From Firmicutes bacterium UBA5227 (GTDB taxonomy: Bacteria > Bacillota > Clostridia > Tissierellales > Sedimentibacteraceae): a stretch of DNA of 64,000 nt. The notes under the pieces are model-generated. The model was not told where the DNA came from and did no database searches. It saw nothing but the letters and a program-made list of their open reading frames with translations. The stretch is taken from positions 11,158-75,157 of the forward strand of contig DHUT01000088.1 in NCBI GenBank assembly GCA_002409285.1. Reading direction: 5' to 3'. This document shows positions 42,706 through 52,221 of the stretch, piece by piece. A program made the position numbers and the translations under genes. Within the stretch, counting starts at the first letter, position 1, and each line of letters opens with the position of its first letter.

Positions 42706-42713
42706 TGATTGCT

Positions 42714-42742
42714 ATCATAAACCAAAAAATATCCTTTGTCAA
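42714..42742 (-). promoter_or_regulatory. SigA promoter of the T-box leader
   Basis: TTGACA-N17-TATGAT. Confidence 0.8.
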
Positions 42743-42848
42743 CAACTTTTTTTAGAAATTTTTATCTGTAAAAAAGGAAGGCTCTTTAATGAACTGTATT
42801 TCAATTGCTTATAGAACACTGCTTATTATAATCAAACAGGCAGATTCT

Positions 42849-45800
42849 TTACATACTTTCTTTTACACCAAACTTTGTTTTTAAATCTTCATAGCTGTTT
42901 ACCCAGTCGAATTTAACCAGTTCGGAAACAGCTTTGAAATGTAATTTGCCGCAACGTATTTTGTTATTTTCGACAGATGTTAAATCTTTTTCTAATTTGT
43001 CAGCTTTTGTTTCTACGATAAAGTAAACGCCTACTGCACCTGCTTCAAGACCCTCCTTTCTACAAACGATCGCCCAATCCGGAGAATAGTTTCCGTAGGG
43101 AGTATCTATTACAAAACCGCCTTTTTTAAGTTTAGTAAATAAGATGACATTATCATTAGCTTCCAGTTTTTCAGCAAATTTCCTTTCTCCTTTGCTGTCC
43201 ATTTTATAATATTCATTTAAGGCATTTTTCCTGTTTGGATTGGACTTGAAGACACGCCACTCATCACGGAAGTCTTCCTCAGCTATGGTATCTGTAGCAA
43301 AAATCTGTCCCTCATCAAGCTCATAGCCTTCGATGACTTCATAGGAAAAGATACTTGATGCTTTGGAGTCATTTAATTTCACCAGAATCTTCTGGGTTAC
43401 TCTGTCGAGAACGTCCTGAAAATTTAGAGCCTCTCTTTTTTCAATGCCTTTTAATATATTAAAAATGGTAAGACGAGGTAACATGGTATGGTACATGATA
43501 TAGTTTACAATTTCAAAATCTCCCTTTGGGGTAACCTTCATACCCACATCAATATCAAAGGTTTTATCTCCCGACTTTTCCATTTCAAACATCTGGGCAT
43601 CATTAAATTCACCCCTGCCAGTTGTAATATTCACTGCTCTGGTAACTCTAAAGTATTGTAAGTATGAATTTATTTCCTTTATACAATCAGAAACAAACGT
43701 GTCCTTATTCACGTTGCATTTATAAAGAGTGCGTTTGGTCAAATTGCTGCTCAGCCCCAGATAGATTTGCTGAAACTCCTCTTCAGAAACAAATGCACGG
43801 ATAGTATTTACATAGGGTTCATTATCTCCGTTATTTATTTCAATGCGGCGAGATCCTTTTTCTACCATCAGCTCTGCAAAATTTTCTTTCAGCTTTACAG
43901 AATGTTCTTTCAGTATTTCATCTTCAAAAACAATGTCTTCAAGAAGTTTAGTTGTTTGCTCTACATTTTTATGTAGAATATTATTACTGTCAAATACGCC
44001 TTTACCCATCAGCTCCTGCTTAAAGGTATCGACCAGCTCCGCAGTTATTTTTTCCTTTGGAACACCTGCCTTTTCAAGGGCAACGGTCAGAATATCAGAG
44101 GTTACTTCATTCTTGTTGAAATTCATACTTTGGTTGAAGTCTTCCTGAAGTACCCTTGAGAAATTCTCGTAGCTGTCGTTTGCAATGACAGTCAATTCAT
44201 TGATATCTGTATCCAGACAGCGGTTACCTGTAATATCTACCGGAAGCCTTAAGCCACGACCTATTTCCTGCTTTTTTGCAATATCAGAGCTACCGTTTTT
44301 TAGTGTACAAAGTGTAAATACATTGGGATTATCCCAGCCTTCACGAAGTGCTGAATGGGAAAATATAAAGCTGAGTGGTTCTTCAAAGGAAATAAGCTCA
44401 TCTTTTCTTTCAAGAATTAAGCTGATACCACGGTCGATATCTTCCTGGGATTTAGCCTTAACGTCCAGCTCGCTTTTATTATCATCCCAGTCTTCAATTT
44501 CAACTTCATTATTCTTTTTATCAATGGCGAAGTAACCTTCACGCACCTTTAAACCATTCTGATACTCAGGGAAATACTCTTTGTACTTTGAAAATTGTTT
44601 TTCGTAGCCTTTAATTGCACTTTGATACTCTTCATCAAAGATACGCAGGTATTCACCACGTCCATCAGGTCGAGTCTTATCACGAACTTTACTAACTGCA
44701 TCTACAAAGAACAAGGTTAAAGTTTTTATCTTTTTGCCGCTTTTTAAAATTGCAAACTGTTTTTCAAGATGATTTCTAATAGCAAGACGAATCTGAATAC
44801 GGGTAGCCTCACTATCCTCAAGCCCATTATTGCTTTCTCCAAGCTCCAAAATTATAGTGCCATCTGTAGTGGCAACCTTCAAAGGTTTAAGCTTATGTGG
44901 TTCTTCAACGATACGCATATTGCGATACTGTACCAAACCACCGGATAAATCCTCTAAAGATGTATTTGCTGATACATCAAAGGTTTTAAAGCGAATGGAA
45001 TCTCCTTGTTTTTGGGAGAACATCTCAATCCTTGCTTTTAGGTCCTTTGTGAAAGCTATATATCGAATGTAGGGATAATCTCTTTCAATAACCCCATTTA
45101 CTGTTTTAACTGTAATCTTCTTAACCAAGTCATTTTTATATGCAGCATAGGAATCTAACTTATAAATTTGATTATACAGTTTCTTATGGGTAGCAGAATA
45201 ACGAAGTACAAACAAAGGTTCAATCTCATCAATAGCTTGCAATGATTTAGATTTTTTACCTTTTTGTCCCTCAATTTTTTGTGGTTCATCAATGATGACA
45301 ATGGGCTTTATGTACTTGATATCCTCCCATAAAATCTGTCCGTATTCATCTTCGCTGCGGATTTTGTTTGTATCTTTATTAAAAGCCTGAATGTTGAGAA
45401 CACAAATGCTTAAGTCATTGGTTTCCACAAGGCTTGAGCTCACCTTTTTCGGGTTATTGCTGTCATAAATAAAACTGTGCTTTGATAAATCCACATCATA
45501 GAGCCTTTTGAAATGGTCTTTTAACTGGTCGATGGACTTTTCTACGCCTTTACGGATTGCAATACTTGGCACAACAATCATAAACTTTTTGAAGTCATAT
45601 TCTTTATATAGTTCTAAAATGGTACGCAAATACACATAAGTTTTACCTGTACCTGTTTCCATCTCGATGGTAAAGTTATTATTTGCAAGCTCATTATCTG
45701 CAAATAACTTGTTATCTAACTGAACCTTTCTTAGATTTTGAAGTAATCTACTGCCTGTTACAATGCTTTGGTTTCTTACAGGGTCACCCTCATCAAGCTT

Positions 45801-45932
45801 TTTGATACGTCTTGGACGATATATACCGTCTATTTGACGAGAAAGTCCTTTGAATAAGTCCACAGTAGAGTGGATTGCTTTTAATTGATAATCTAATTCA
45901 TCATCAAACTGAAATGCAATTCTTTTTGCCAC
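42849..45932 (-). CDS. res: Type III restriction endonuclease Res subunit
   Basis: METGTGKT, IIDEPQ, YSATH, LREGWDNPNVF, QEIGRGLRL, C-terminal SPDW...IVETK PD-(D/E)xK motif; GTG start. Confidence 0.93.
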   Translation of the reverse strand: MAKRIAFQFDDELDYQLKAIHSTVDLFKGLSRQIDGIYRPRRIKKLDEGDPVRNQSIVTGSRLLQNLRKVQLDNKLFADNELANNNFTIEMETGTGKTYVYLRTILELYKEYDFKKFMIVVPSIAIRKGVEKSIDQLKDHFKRLYDVDLSKHSFIYDSNNPKKVSSSLVETNDLSICVLNIQAFNKDTNKIRSEDEYGQILWEDIKYIKPIVIIDEPQKIEGQKGKKSKSLQAIDEIEPLFVLRYSATHKKLYNQIYKLDSYAAYKNDLVKKITVKTVNGVIERDYPYIRYIAFTKDLKARIEMFSQKQGDSIRFKTFDVSANTSLEDLSGGLVQYRNMRIVEEPHKLKPLKVATTDGTIILELGESNNGLEDSEATRIQIRLAIRNHLEKQFAILKSGKKIKTLTLFFVDAVSKVRDKTRPDGRGEYLRIFDEEYQSAIKGYEKQFSKYKEYFPEYQNGLKVREGYFAIDKKNNEVEIEDWDDNKSELDVKAKSQEDIDRGISLILERKDELISFEEPLSFIFSHSALREGWDNPNVFTLCTLKNGSSDIAKKQEIGRGLRLPVDITGNRCLDTDINELTVIANDSYENFSRVLQEDFNQSMNFNKNEVTSDILTVALEKAGVPKEKITAELVDTFKQELMGKGVFDSNNILHKNVEQTTKLLEDIVFEDEILKEHSVKLKENFAELMVEKGSRRIEINNGDNEPYVNTIRAFVSEEEFQQIYLGLSSNLTKRTLYKCNVNKDTFVSDCIKEINSYLQYFRVTRAVNITTGRGEFNDAQMFEMEKSGDKTFDIDVGMKVTPKGDFEIVNYIMYHTMLPRLTIFNILKGIEKREALNFQDVLDRVTQKILVKLNDSKASSIFSYEVIEGYELDEGQIFATDTIAEEDFRDEWRVFKSNPNRKNALNEYYKMDSKGERKFAEKLEANDNVILFTKLKKGGFVIDTPYGNYSPDWAIVCRKEGLEAGAVGVYFIVETKADKLEKDLTSVENNKIRCGKLHFKAVSELVKFDWVNSYEDLKTKFGVKESM

Positions 45933-45945
45933 GGCTACTTCCTCC

Positions 45946-47826
45946 TTATATAAATTCTACAGTGTATGATTTTTTCTCAAGTCCAGAATTCCTTTCAATG
46001 AGGTTTTTAAGCCTTCTAAAGGTTTCATCCTTTAAATTGATATCGTCTTTAAAAGCAGAATCCCTAAAGATAAATTTAATAGGCAGTGGGTCAAGAGCAG
46101 CTATTTTATCAATTAATTTCTCTGTAATTTCTGTTTCAAGGCAAATCAAGTATGCACTGCCATATAAGTAAGTCCTGCTTCCAATATGGGTTAAAGTTTC
46201 TAAAGTAGAGGATAGTGGTACATCCTTCTGGCGGAGCATCACTTCATATACAACATCAATATCATTAAAGCCTATAGTAAAGTCAGCAAGGTCAGGAGTG
46301 TGTGACATTGTACTGGCATCAAGCTGTCCTAATTCGTCATACAAGTTCCATTTGATATTGGTATCAGCAGTTCTAAAGACTTTAAAGCCAATATCAGGCA
46401 CTTGTTTTGGTTCTTCGCCAATTTTAAGCTGTGCATTGGCAGTTTCAATTTCTTGTTTGATCTTTTCACCTGCGCGTCGGATACGTTCTTTGCCAAGTTC
46501 ACATATATCTTTGTAACCTGCTTTGTAAGCTTCTGAGCTTTCGTCGGTTTCTTCGGGTAGCTGAACCATAATAAATTTTCTGTTCCCTCCGTCCTCACCA
46601 TTTAGTTGCATAACTGCGTGGGCGGTAGTGGCAGAGCCAGAAAAGAAGTCGAGTATCAAATCATCGTCTTGAACTGTAAAGAACGTTGCCCCAAGAATTA
46701 ATTCTTTTAGTAAAGAAATAGGTTTTGGGTAGTCAAAATATTGTTCTAAACCTAATACTTCTAAGTCCTTTACTCCATTTGCAGACAAATGTTTAAGTAC
46801 ACTGTAAAATTTTGACGCATCTTCATTTACATTACGAAGCTTTCCAACAATATGCATACCATTACCTTTAGGTAAAAGGACATATTCCCCATTTTTGATT
46901 TTTTCATCTATCTCCATCAAGGTTTTTTCCCCTTTATATTCGAGGATTTCCTCATAGTGACAATTTCCGTATTTTCCAAATTCTTTACGTAGCCAATCCT
47001 CTTGTATCCAGTATTTCACACCATCTTTCTCAATAATTTTTCCTCGAATATCCTTAGGCCGTCCTAATGGAGTAAAAGAACCTATACTTTTTGCATATAC
47101 AAATAAATAATCATGCCCTTTTATCACTTGTTTTGCAAGTCCACCACCTTCTGCACGAATAACCATTAGTTCTGCAACTTTATTATTGTCTCCAAATACT
47201 TCATTTAAAATTTTTATTGCATTTGCTTGCTCATTATCATCAATACTAATAAAAATAACTCCATCGTCGGTGAGTAAGTCTTTTGCAACTTTAATCCTCG
47301 GATACATCATATTCAACCAATTAGCATGAAAACGGTTAGATGATTGTTGGTTTTTCTGCAAAGGATTCCCTTCATCATCACGAGTACCTTCTGCTATATC
47401 ACTTTCCTTACTGTTCATGGTAAAATTATCATTATATACAAAATCATTTCCCGTGTTATAGGGTGGATCTATATATATCATTTTAATAGCACCATAATAG
47501 TTTTGTCGAAGCATTTTCAAAACTTCAAGGTTATCCCCCTCAATATAAAGATTTTCGGTAGTATTTGGGTTTTTGCTATCTTCTTCAATATATTTGAGCG
47601 TTCTGTTATATACATCCTCCTGAGCTTTTTTCTTTGCATCCTGCTTGCCTGCCCAAGTAAGTTCATATTTTTCTTTGCCCACTTCTTCAAACTGTCCAAG
47701 TTCTTCCTTTAATGCCTCAAAATCAACCTGTCCGTCTTTAACGGCAGAGGGGAATAGCTGTGCTAACAGCTTTACATTATCCCCAACAATGTTGTTAATC
47801 TCCTGTGGCACTTTTACATAGTCCAT
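45946..47826 (-). CDS. mod: Type III restriction-modification Mod subunit (adenine methyltransferase, beta-class motif order)
   Basis: YIEGDNLE, YIDPPYNTG, FISIDDNE, PKP, DFFSGSATT. Confidence 0.95.
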   Translation of the reverse strand: MDYVKVPQEINNIVGDNVKLLAQLFPSAVKDGQVDFEALKEELGQFEEVGKEKYELTWAGKQDAKKKAQEDVYNRTLKYIEEDSKNPNTTENLYIEGDNLEVLKMLRQNYYGAIKMIYIDPPYNTGNDFVYNDNFTMNSKESDIAEGTRDDEGNPLQKNQQSSNRFHANWLNMMYPRIKVAKDLLTDDGVIFISIDDNEQANAIKILNEVFGDNNKVAELMVIRAEGGGLAKQVIKGHDYLFVYAKSIGSFTPLGRPKDIRGKIIEKDGVKYWIQEDWLRKEFGKYGNCHYEEILEYKGEKTLMEIDEKIKNGEYVLLPKGNGMHIVGKLRNVNEDASKFYSVLKHLSANGVKDLEVLGLEQYFDYPKPISLLKELILGATFFTVQDDDLILDFFSGSATTAHAVMQLNGEDGGNRKFIMVQLPEETDESSEAYKAGYKDICELGKERIRRAGEKIKQEIETANAQLKIGEEPKQVPDIGFKVFRTADTNIKWNLYDELGQLDASTMSHTPDLADFTIGFNDIDVVYEVMLRQKDVPLSSTLETLTHIGSRTYLYGSAYLICLETEITEKLIDKIAALDPLPIKFIFRDSAFKDDINLKDETFRRLKNLIERNSGLEKKSYTVEFI

Positions 47827-47895
47827 TTGTTATTCCTCCATTTATCTAATTAATCTATAAATTACTCATTTTTGTACTTGTTTTGGACGTTCATG

Positions 47896-47937
47896 CTATA
47901 AAGCAGTTGTTCGGAATTTCCGAACAACTGAAACTTC
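47896..47937 (-). pseudogene. Probable scar of a RhuM-family gene, coinciding with a perfect 27-bp palindrome
   Basis: Minus strand reads EVSVVRKFRTTAL*; palindrome cagttgttcggaa-t-ttccgaacaactg at 47904-47930; RhuM assignment is from memory of the VVRKFRTTA motif. Confidence 0.45.
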
Positions 47938-47941
47938 GGTT

Positions 47942-48658
47942 TTATACCTTATCCAATTCGATTATAGCTTGTCTGATTTCTTGATTCAGCTTCATTTTTT
48001 CACTGTTAGATATAGATTTTTGCACCTTTTCTTTATTGCGTGCAACAGCACAGAGGAGGGTGTATACCTCTTTTTGTCTGTTAATGCTGTACCATATAGG
48101 TTTCTCTAAAAAGCTCTTTGCCTTTGCATATACTTTATCATTCGTTAAGATGTAAGCTCGCAGATACATTTCAAAATAAAAGGTAGCTTTGTTGTCTTTG
48201 TTTTTGATATTGTCATAGGCAAGTTCCCTTAGCAAATTGTTTTTATCAGAGCTGGGTAGGACAGTGGGGTAGACAGTTGTAAGAACCTTGTCTGTAACCA
48301 CAATCTGTGTTCTGTCATTCTGATTCAATCGTTTTAGTGCAAAGGAGTATACCTCGTTGCTGTTATCGTTTAGTCGTAGAACACAAGGAGACTTTATTAT
48401 CTCCTGATACATATTTGCAATAAAGGACGCCTTTTTCATATCAACAAGTTCTATGTCATAATACTGAATAACTTGGCAATTGTATTCATCATTCACCAAA
48501 GATGGTATACCTTCTCCCATTATCTGATAGCTTAATATAACGCTTTTTACATTATCCCTGATTTTCTTTCTTACATCAGGCTTCAATACCTTAGGTATGA
48601 AATCCTTAATTGGCAGTTTTTTGCCAACTTTATATTTCTCCGGTAAGTTAAACATCAT
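47942..48658 (-). CDS. DUF4391-like hypothetical protein
   Basis: MFNLPE start, size and position between the SNF2 helicase and Mod match my recollection of DUF4391 loci; start overlaps the helicase stop. Confidence 0.6.
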   Translation of the reverse strand: MMFNLPEKYKVGKKLPIKDFIPKVLKPDVRKKIRDNVKSVILSYQIMGEGIPSLVNDEYNCQVIQYYDIELVDMKKASFIANMYQEIIKSPCVLRLNDNSNEVYSFALKRLNQNDRTQIVVTDKVLTTVYPTVLPSSDKNNLLRELAYDNIKNKDNKATFYFEMYLRAYILTNDKVYAKAKSFLEKPIWYSINRQKEVYTLLCAVARNKEKVQKSISNSEKMKLNQEIRQAIIELDKV

Positions 48659-51600
48659 TCCACCACCAAAAATGAAATAAGTTCAAAATCATCCGCTGTT
48701 TCATCTGCAAAGTCATTATTAAATCCACCGAAATCAAACGTAGTTTGGAAGGCTTTTTCTTCTTCAGCACCTTTAATAGAATTAACTGCCTTGTTCAAAA
48801 GGTCGGAATAAAACTTCATGTCATTTGTATTATTTGTTTTAACAAGGAATTGATCAAATAATGATTGAACCGGCTTATCTTTGCCATAGCAAAGTTTTCT
48901 AAAAAGTTTGATAACCTCGCGTGCTTTTCCACTTCCATAGAGAACTTCACCCTTATTATCTAAATAAATCAAATAATAGGGATACAAGGAGCTGTCAGAC
49001 TTTGGCTTTTCATCTTGGTTACTATGTTTAAAGCAGAATATAACGCCTTGCTTTTCTCCATCAGTAACAGAATATATCCCACTTGGTACTTTCTTTATTG
49101 ATGGATTATTTTTTACATACTCTGATAATTCATACAAGTATTCGTTCATATTAAGGTCGGTTAAGGAGATGTTTTCATTAGCATCCTCAATATCAATAAC
49201 TTCATCTTTTAACCGTTCTAATTGCCTTTTTCTAAAATTAAAATCATTCATTTCAGGAGACAGGAAATCCTCATCACCTGTAGACACAATATTTAGTGTT
49301 GTCATTTTACCTTTAACTCGCTGCTCCAAGCCTAAATACTCGTTAAGCTCAAGATTCGGGTAGAAGTTAATCATCTGAATACATTCATTGGTGCTTCCAA
49401 TACGGTCAATACGGCCAAATCTTTGTATGAGCGAAACAGGATTCCACTGAATATCAAAGTTGATTACTGTATCACAGTCCTGTAAATTTTGTCCTTCTGA
49501 AATACAATCTGTACCTATAAGAATATCTATCTGTTCATCATCTGGAATATCTTTTTTCATTTTTGATTTTGGAGAAAATGCACATAGAACAGAGTTAAAT
49601 TCGCTATCCACATTTTTGTTTGTTGTCTTTACTCCTCTGCCCGTAACGCAAGCAGTGTCTAAGTGAACCTTTTTAAGCTCTTCTGCAATCTTCTGATAAA
49701 TATAGTCTGCTGTATCTGAAAAAGCAGTGAATACAAGGATTTTTTTGTTACCGCTATTATAAGGTGTTTGTGTTACCTTTTTAATAATTTCATCTTGCAG
49801 AGTACGGATTTTTAAATCTCTGTTTTCTTCTAATATGCATTTTGCTTCATTATAAATTTTTTCAAGAATAATTCTGTCGCCCTCCAAATCGTACAGATAA
49901 TCTTTGATACGTAAGTGGGCAACTTCAATTTCATATTTTCCTTCTAAATATTCATATTCTTCATCTGCTGTACCTGTTTCTTCGTCAACCTGACCGCCTT
50001 TATTAAGTACCTCCATGGTTCTGTCTATTCGCTCCATCAATCTCCGAATGGTTTCTGCAAATGAATATACGGAACTTTCCATGCGTTTAAAGAGGTTAAA
50101 GCGGTGCATGACAATCATACCCTTGGACTGGGTTTGAAAATCCATTTTTCCGCCGTGTTTTCCTTTTAAACTGTATTTCTCAACATATAATTTCTGGTAT
50201 TCACTTTTAATATATCTTGTTGGTGTATATACCGACAATTCAAGGGACTCCAGCAATTCATTTGTATCAGCAAACTTCAATAGCTTTTCTTGGCAGTCAA
50301 TTTCAGGGCGTCTGGTTATCGGTTTATTCTTGTTAGGGAATTTACCGACACTGCTATTTCCGTAATAGCTGGTGATATGCTTTCTGCTTCTTGAAATTGT
50401 CATAAGCTCAAGCAGTTTATAAAATTCTGATGGAAGACTGTCAAGCAAGTCATTTTTATTATGGTTTGGTACAGTTTGCCATTGATTAATAATAGTTGAA
50501 GACTTCCTAAGTAGGTTCTCTACGCTGGAGATACCTTCATCTTCAAAAGCAAAATCTCTATCACCTGTTATTATGCTAATCTGATTTTTTAGATCTACCA
50601 AACTATTGTTAACAGGTGTAGCAGAAAGGAGTAGCACCTTGGTATTATTTTTACCTCTTTTTATTACGTCCTGCATCAAACGTGCATACCTTGTCATTAT
50701 TAGCTGGTCATTATCATCATAACGATCATTCCTATTCCTAAAATTATGGGATTCATCTATTACAACAAGGTCATAGTTACCCCAATCAAATCTTTTCAGG
50801 TCTTGTCCAGATTGAGACATGCCTTTATATCTTGATAAATCTGTATGAAACATAATCTTATAATTGAATGTTTCATTTAACAAACTATCCTTATATGTAC
50901 CTCTAAAAGAGTTCCAGTTATCATATAGCTTTGCAGGGGTAAGAACAAGTACATTATCCATCTTTATTTCAAAGTATTTTATGACTGCAAGGGCTTCAAA
51001 GGTTTTACCTAATCCAACAGAATCAGCAATTATACAGCCACCATATTTTTGCAGCTTTTGAATTGCTGATACAACACAGTCCTTCTGAAAATCATAAAGA
51101 GATTGCCATATTTGAGTTTTTTTAAATTTCTCGCTATCTCTTTCAAATCTTTCTACACCACTGTCTATTTGATATCCAAACAGCTCATTCAGGGTAAAAT
51201 AATATAAAAACTCAGGGGAGTGCTCTTTATAAATAAAAGATAAACTTTGTAATAAATCCTCTTTATAATCAGAGGATACCTGCTCGTTAAACCATATTTG
51301 ATTGAAAGTATTCAGTGCTGAAAGTATTTGCTCTTTATCCATTGTTCCATTGAGCATCGTATCAAAATTAATATTTCTAAAAGCATTCCTGCTTTTCTTT
51401 AGTGTTACCTCCAAAGAAGAGGAACCTTGTATCATAAAATCATCGTCTATAATGATTATATTACCACCTATTTTAACTTTAGGATTTGCTTTTTTTACAT
51501 TAACATTTGCTTTGATAAAATCGTGCATGGCTTTTGCTTTTGAAAAATGTTTTAATTTGTTTTTTTCAACGATATCATAAGAGTTGTATAAAATATCCGT

Positions 51601-51828
51601 TGGAGCCATTTCAAACTCATGGGATATTTCATTTTTTTCAGGCACAAATTTTGTATCCCTGATTACAAAATTTATTTCTTTTACATTTTTTAAGTTTTGT
51701 TCAAGCAAGGCAAAGACAGATAGTGTTAGCTTATCATTTACGATATTCACTACCGCATTTTTTTTCGTTTTAAGCACATAATTAATTTTTTCAATCATTT
51801 GCTCTGTTGAAGCAATTACATTTCCCAT
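48655..51828 (-). CDS. SNF2-family helicase with degenerate PLD-like N-terminal domain
   Basis: IIADSVGLGKT, VVIDESHN, LLSATP, SEGQNLQD, QRFGRIDRIG. Confidence 0.9.
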   Translation of the reverse strand: MGNVIASTEQMIEKINYVLKTKKNAVVNIVNDKLTLSVFALLEQNLKNVKEINFVIRDTKFVPEKNEISHEFEMAPTDILYNSYDIVEKNKLKHFSKAKAMHDFIKANVNVKKANPKVKIGGNIIIIDDDFMIQGSSSLEVTLKKSRNAFRNINFDTMLNGTMDKEQILSALNTFNQIWFNEQVSSDYKEDLLQSLSFIYKEHSPEFLYYFTLNELFGYQIDSGVERFERDSEKFKKTQIWQSLYDFQKDCVVSAIQKLQKYGGCIIADSVGLGKTFEALAVIKYFEIKMDNVLVLTPAKLYDNWNSFRGTYKDSLLNETFNYKIMFHTDLSRYKGMSQSGQDLKRFDWGNYDLVVIDESHNFRNRNDRYDDNDQLIMTRYARLMQDVIKRGKNNTKVLLLSATPVNNSLVDLKNQISIITGDRDFAFEDEGISSVENLLRKSSTIINQWQTVPNHNKNDLLDSLPSEFYKLLELMTISRSRKHITSYYGNSSVGKFPNKNKPITRRPEIDCQEKLLKFADTNELLESLELSVYTPTRYIKSEYQKLYVEKYSLKGKHGGKMDFQTQSKGMIVMHRFNLFKRMESSVYSFAETIRRLMERIDRTMEVLNKGGQVDEETGTADEEYEYLEGKYEIEVAHLRIKDYLYDLEGDRIILEKIYNEAKCILEENRDLKIRTLQDEIIKKVTQTPYNSGNKKILVFTAFSDTADYIYQKIAEELKKVHLDTACVTGRGVKTTNKNVDSEFNSVLCAFSPKSKMKKDIPDDEQIDILIGTDCISEGQNLQDCDTVINFDIQWNPVSLIQRFGRIDRIGSTNECIQMINFYPNLELNEYLGLEQRVKGKMTTLNIVSTGDEDFLSPEMNDFNFRKRQLERLKDEVIDIEDANENISLTDLNMNEYLYELSEYVKNNPSIKKVPSGIYSVTDGEKQGVIFCFKHSNQDEKPKSDSSLYPYYLIYLDNKGEVLYGSGKAREVIKLFRKLCYGKDKPVQSLFDQFLVKTNNTNDMKFYSDLLNKAVNSIKGAEEEKAFQTTFDFGGFNNDFADETADDFELISFLVVE

Positions 51829-51878
51829 GTCTGTTCATTCCTTACTATAGTCTACTTTATATAACAAATACCTACTTT

Positions 51879-51907
51879 ATTATAGATTAAACATCATAAA
51901 TTTACAA
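51879..51907 (-). promoter_or_regulatory. SigA-type promoter upstream of the helicase-DUF4391-mod-res block
   Basis: TTGTAA-N17-TATAAT. Confidence 0.6.
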
Positions 51908-51964
51908 GATTTTTAACAAATGCATAAATAGAATCACACGTTTGTGAGATAAATGTTAGTAGCT

Positions 51965-52041
51965 ACACCGTGGGGTTCAAGTCTTTTCTGCGGCACTAAA
52001 TTATAAGCCTGAAAAGATGTGATATCCTTTCAGGCTGTTTT
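51965..52041 (+). repeat. att-like diverged copy of the tRNA-Leu 3' end plus its terminator (inverted relative to the tRNA gene)
   Basis: Manual alignment to 62127-62049 (minus strand): 67 of 79 columns identical. Confidence 0.85.
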
Positions 52042-52188
52042 AATTTTATATATTTTATACTTCCATATAATAATCATACGAACATCATTTATCAATTGTT
52101 AAAATAAGTTTACTCTGATGCAGGTTAGCTGCTTTTATTTCAATTTTTCCAAGGAAATCTTCCATTGCAGATTTGTTGCCAAGATTTT

Positions 52189-52216
52189 TAAAGGAATGCC
52201 AAGCGGCATTCCTTTA
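52189..52216 (-). terminator. Terminator hairpin after pckG
   Basis: aaaggaatgcc / ggcattccttt. Confidence 0.75.
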
Positions 52217-52221
52217 TTTTT

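Larger units (their letters stand above)
42849..52041. mobile_element. Decayed genomic/defence island segment
   Basis: Type III RM plus helicase block inserted among housekeeping genes and ending at a tRNA-derived att-like sequence; no integrase seen. Confidence 0.65.

Noticed and set aside
42743-42848. Remainder of the yafQ-like toxin at the proposed left inversion breakpoint
   Set aside because: I found no toxin-like reading frame there, so a clean reciprocal inversion is not supported; any inversion would need accompanying deletion.
45946-47826. Phase-variable simple sequence repeats in mod (phasevarion)
   Set aside because: No tetra/pentanucleotide repeat or long homopolymer tract was seen, and the frame is intact.
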